Source: the human T2T-CHM13v2.0 reference genome, Homo sapiens
DNA: 64,000 nucleotides
Reading direction: 5' to 3' (one strand)
Assembly (NCBI RefSeq): GCF_009914755.1
Contig: NC_060937.1
Positions within the stretch are counted from its first letter, which is position 1, and each line of letters begins with the position of its first letter. A program made the position numbers and the translations under genes. The notes below the pieces were generated by a model. It saw only the letters and a list, made by a program, of their open reading frames with translations. It was not told the DNA's origin and ran no database searches. Positions 60,639 to 64,000 of this stretch are shown piece after piece.

Positions 60639-60649
60639 CAACATGGCGG
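60639..60649 (+). promoter_or_regulatory. YY1 motif
   Basis: CAACATGGCGG matches the YY1 consensus AANATGGCGG, about 30 nt downstream of the NRF1 site, a typical TSS-proximal layout. Confidence 0.65.
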
Positions 60650-60855
60650 AGTGAGCGGCGGCGTCGGGGCTTCACAACAACAGTGGTGGCCGTAGCAGCG
60701 GCGGCAGCAGCGTCAATAGCATCGGCCACAGCCTGAGCTTCAGCACCGGCCAGCGTCGTGGCCAGCTGCTCGCGTCCTCGGGCTTCTCGGAGCGGCTGCA
60801 GCATCTCCGCGGGGGGCGGGCCGGGCCGGACAGACCGGGAGAGGGAGAGAGCAGA

Positions 60856-60889
60856 GGCAGCGGCGGCGGCAGCGGCAGCGGCAGCGGCA
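60856..60889 (+). repeat. (GGC)/(GGCAGC)n repeat in the NBEA 5' leader
   Basis: GGCAGCGGCGGCGGCAGCGGCAGCGGCAGCGGCA directly visible. Confidence 0.85.
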
Positions 60890-61159
60890 CACCTGCTGGG
60901 CGGGCACAGCCGCTTGCCCGGCAGCGGTTAGCGGTACCGCCACCGCCGAGAATAAGCCTGCGGATCCCCCGCCGCCTCCGCGGGGGAGAGCGCCGGAGCG
61001 GGCCGGGCTGAGGCGCAGGCGGGGAGCGGGCCCGGCGCCGCGGCGCTGGTGGATGCTGGGGCTCCGAGGCGACGGCCGGGGGGCGGGGGCCGAGGCAGGT
61101 ATAACGGTACCGGCGGCGGCAGCGCCGCTGCTCTTCCCTTCTCCTCAGGAGGGGGGCCA

Positions 61160-61453
61160 ATGGCTAGCGAGAAGCCGGGCCCGGGCCCGGGGCTCGAGCC
61201 TCAGCCCGTGGGGCTCATTGCCGTCGGGGCCGCTGGCGGAGGCGGCGGGGGCAGCGGTGGTGGCGGCACCGGGGGCAGCGGGATGGGGGAGCTAAGGGGG
61301 GCGTCCGGCTCCGGCTCGGTGATGCTCCCCGCGGGGATGATTAACCCTTCGGTGCCGATCCGCAACATCCGGATGAAATTCGCAGTGTTGATTGGACTCA
61401 TACAGGTCGGAGAGGTCAGCAACAGGGACATCGTGGAGACGGTGCTCAACCTG
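61160..61453 (+). CDS. NBEA: Neurobeachin, first coding exon (residues 1-98)
   Basis: ATG at 61160 gives MASEKPGPGPGLEPQPVGLIAVGAAGGGGGGSGGGGTGGSGMGELRGASGSGSVMLPAGMINPSVPIRNIRMKFAVLIGLIQVGEVSNRDIVETVLNL, which I recognise as the NBEA N-terminus. The exon is 294 nt and ends phase 0 at CTG|GTAAGG, inside a CpG island. Confidence 0.96.
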
Positions 61454-64000
61454 GTAAGGAAAAGGCGTGCTCTCAATCTGCTTCCCCAGTCCCCACATAC
61501 ACCGTCCCCAGCGCCTTTCCCTCCCACCCTTCACCCCCAGGGTCACACGCGCCGCGCGTCCCTGGGAGCGCAGAGCGTTCAGCCGGTATTGCCCAGCGGG
61601 TGACCTGCCTGCGCGCTGCTAGAGCCACGCCACCTCCCTCCTCTCCTCTTTCTGGTCCTCTCCTGCCACCTGAGCGCAGTGCCCAACTTAACACCGCTTC
61701 TTCTCACTTTTTAGGACCGCGAGTAACCCAGTACCCGCGGTGAAGGTTTTGGGTCGACTTTAGAGTTTAGTTAGGAGGTGAGGAGGCCTCCTGTTCTCTG
61801 GGGTTCTTTTTCTCACACTTAATTGTCCTTGGTGTCGCTCTCCGAGGATGACAGCCTTGCCCCTGGAGCCTAAATTCCCCCGTGCTGCTGAAATGTGAGA
61901 AGCGCATTAGCTTCCAACTTGAGCAGCTGGGGTGTGATGTTTTCGAAGGAGACAGAAAATGATGCAGTTTTGCATCTGTCTTTAAATATTCCAAGGCCAT
62001 GATGGAGAGTGTTGTGTCTGTATCCATCCCCCTCCATCTCAGAAGCAGCCGTCCCTTCTTTGTAATATTGCCCTGAATATACTGATCTCTTAGTCATTTT
62101 TTGTGCACACAAGGTGTGTGAGGACACCAAATCACACAGGTTGATTTCTGTGGTTACTTTCAGTAGTGTGGCATGTGGGTAAAGACTAAAGGAAAGGTTT
62201 TAAACGCAGCCCTAGGTTTTGGTTCCTTTCATGGTAAGAAAGAGTTACTGCAGAAGTGTGTATGACTTAATGTTTTGCGCTATCTACAGAGAGGCTCAGA
62301 AGCGTTTAAGATGTCAGGGAAAGAAATGGAAAGAAGGAGAGGAGAATCATACATTGAGGATAATTAACAGTAGTTCATATTTAGTGCTTTGTAAATGGAG
62401 GTTTTGTTTTGTTTTGTTTTGTTTTTAAATGCAGCCAAGCTTTTTAAACAGTTTTCTCTGCAATAGATCTAGTCTTTGACATACTGTAAGGTTGGGCTTT
62501 GGGAGGCAAGACATAAATCGAGAGCAATCAGTTGAGTATTGTATTTGGTGTGGGGTCACAGGAATATAACAATATGCTTACAGGGGTACTTTGTAACACC
62601 CATGCAGTCATTTTTCAGCTAAGCAATTATTTTTACTTACTCTATTGGAAAACTGAGAGAAAGCTGCAGCTACATCAGTGGTGTCCTGAGACATGCATTA
62701 GATAATGTCTACGGTTTATGAACCTCGTAAATGCACAGAAAAGTTGAAGCTGTTTTTTTCCTTTTGCTAGTGTGTCAGGTCAAAGGAGATTATCTGTCTT
62801 TGTTATATTCATTGCTGTTTAAAACAAAACACCTCTTTTTACTTTTTTGTACCTTTCAAATAAATCATCATGAAAAGTCAGTGTAAGTTTGAGGGAATGT
62901 CACTAAGTTGATATAACCAAGTTCTTTTCAGAACACTACTAGAAATACAGTTTTCTTGAGTTTTAATTTTAACTAGCTGCAAATAAGAGGTCAGTACTTG
63001 CCATTTCTTTTTAAAAGAAGATAAATCTCAAACTGTTAGTATGTTAGCAGGTAACTGTATTTCTGTAATTTAAAGGAACACATTTTTAGTTGCAGTTTTG
63101 ATCTAACCAATATCATTTTTAAGTTAGATTATATTAGGCTATTTTAGTAAGTATTCCTATGCTTACTTAATACATTTTAACCTGGTAAGAGGCAGTAGAG
63201 CTTTCACAACCTGGAAACTGATTTGAATGTATAACCAGTTTGGACTCTGCAGCAGTAGCAATGTGTGCTGAATCAGTTCTTAACAGATGGGGTTTTTTAG
63301 ATATACGGTAGACTAAGAAAGGAAGTGAAATGTTTCTCTTGAGATAAAAAAGAAATTTAACTCTTCAGAGCAATGAAAATCTGACATGAAGTTTCAGTAT
63401 GCAGACGTTATTTTAGAGAACTTTACCATTAAGCTTAGAGTCACTAGAAATAAAGTAATACTGAGATAGTATATCCCCAAATCTACCTAAGATTTTGTAA
63501 CTGCAATGATATTTGGAATTTAAAGAGTTAGGTTTAAAATTTCTTTGTATGTATTTAAAGAATGCAATAGATTTTTAAATAGAAACTTTTGGAGAAAAGA
63601 ATAAATGACAAAAGGAGCTGTTTATTACTAAGTTGTTAATTATATTAATTGTGGAGTATAAATTAGTCATTTGAAGTGTAATTTTCTTGAACTGTAGATT
63701 TAGGGCTTTATTGTCCAATACACTCATGAAAATGTCATATGAAAATTTAAGTGGATTCTCAAAAATATGTGGAAGTCATGGGCATTTAAAAAACTGATTA
63801 TCAAACTTAATTCTATTTATTTAGTAAGTAAACCAATAAAATTCATATAGGACACTCAGTGACTCGTTAGAGTTTGGAAACCTTTAATATTAAATCTAAA
63901 ATGATTTTTTAAAATTTTCAGTTTTAGTTTAACACATTAAATAAAAATGTAAGGTGAAATAGTGAAATACCTATTACTGTGCCCTGAATGACAGAAAAGA
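61454..64000 (+). other. NBEA: NBEA intron 1 (5' part)
   Basis: Canonical GTAAG donor at 61454, then decay from GC-rich to AT-rich non-coding sequence. No further exon recognised. Confidence 0.9.

Larger units (their letters stand above)
60090..61760. promoter_or_regulatory. NBEA: CpG island / TATA-less promoter and 5' leader of NBEA
   Basis: Sharp rise in GC and CpG density against a CpG-depleted background; several GC boxes (CCGCCC near 60419 and 60582); spans exon 1. The exact TSS cannot be read from sequence. Confidence 0.92.

Noticed and set aside
60625-60639. CAGGCAGGGGGCGG as a CTCF motif
   Set aside because: Mismatches at key 5' positions, and equally explained as a GC box in a CpG island.
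61454-61603. C-terminal part of the 184-aa ORF (VRKRRALNLL...)
   Set aside because: Read-through past the exon 1 splice donor into the intron.
60231-61694. Multiple overlapping sense and antisense ORFs in the CpG island
   Set aside because: Expected from stop-codon scarcity in GC-rich DNA; only the NBEA frame is recognisable.

Overview
Primate (human or great-ape) genomic DNA. About 60 kb of AT-rich, repeat-dense intergenic sequence is followed by the CpG-island promoter, GC-rich 5' leader and first coding exon of neurobeachin (NBEA, + strand). The CDS runs 61160-61453 (98 codons) and ends at a GTAAG donor; the window closes in intron 1. The upstream region contains roughly 20 Alus, two 5'-truncated L1PA 3' ends, MaLR/ERVL/ERV1 LTRs, Tigger and hAT DNA-transposon fossils, L2/MIR/CR1 relics and three long Alu-derived purine/pyrimidine tracts. 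Almost every entry in the ORF track is a repeat or low-complexity artefact. I find no support for a new multi-gene system. The observations most worth checking are: three short, direct, non-tandem local duplications 1.4-2 kb from their donors (one with a 13-bp target-site duplication and no polyA); two candidate REST/RE1 sites; uORF and non-AUG architecture in the NBEA leader; and a ~5.5 kb block that may be paralogous to subtelomeric duplicons. Repeat subfamily names and boundaries were assigned by eye and are approximate.
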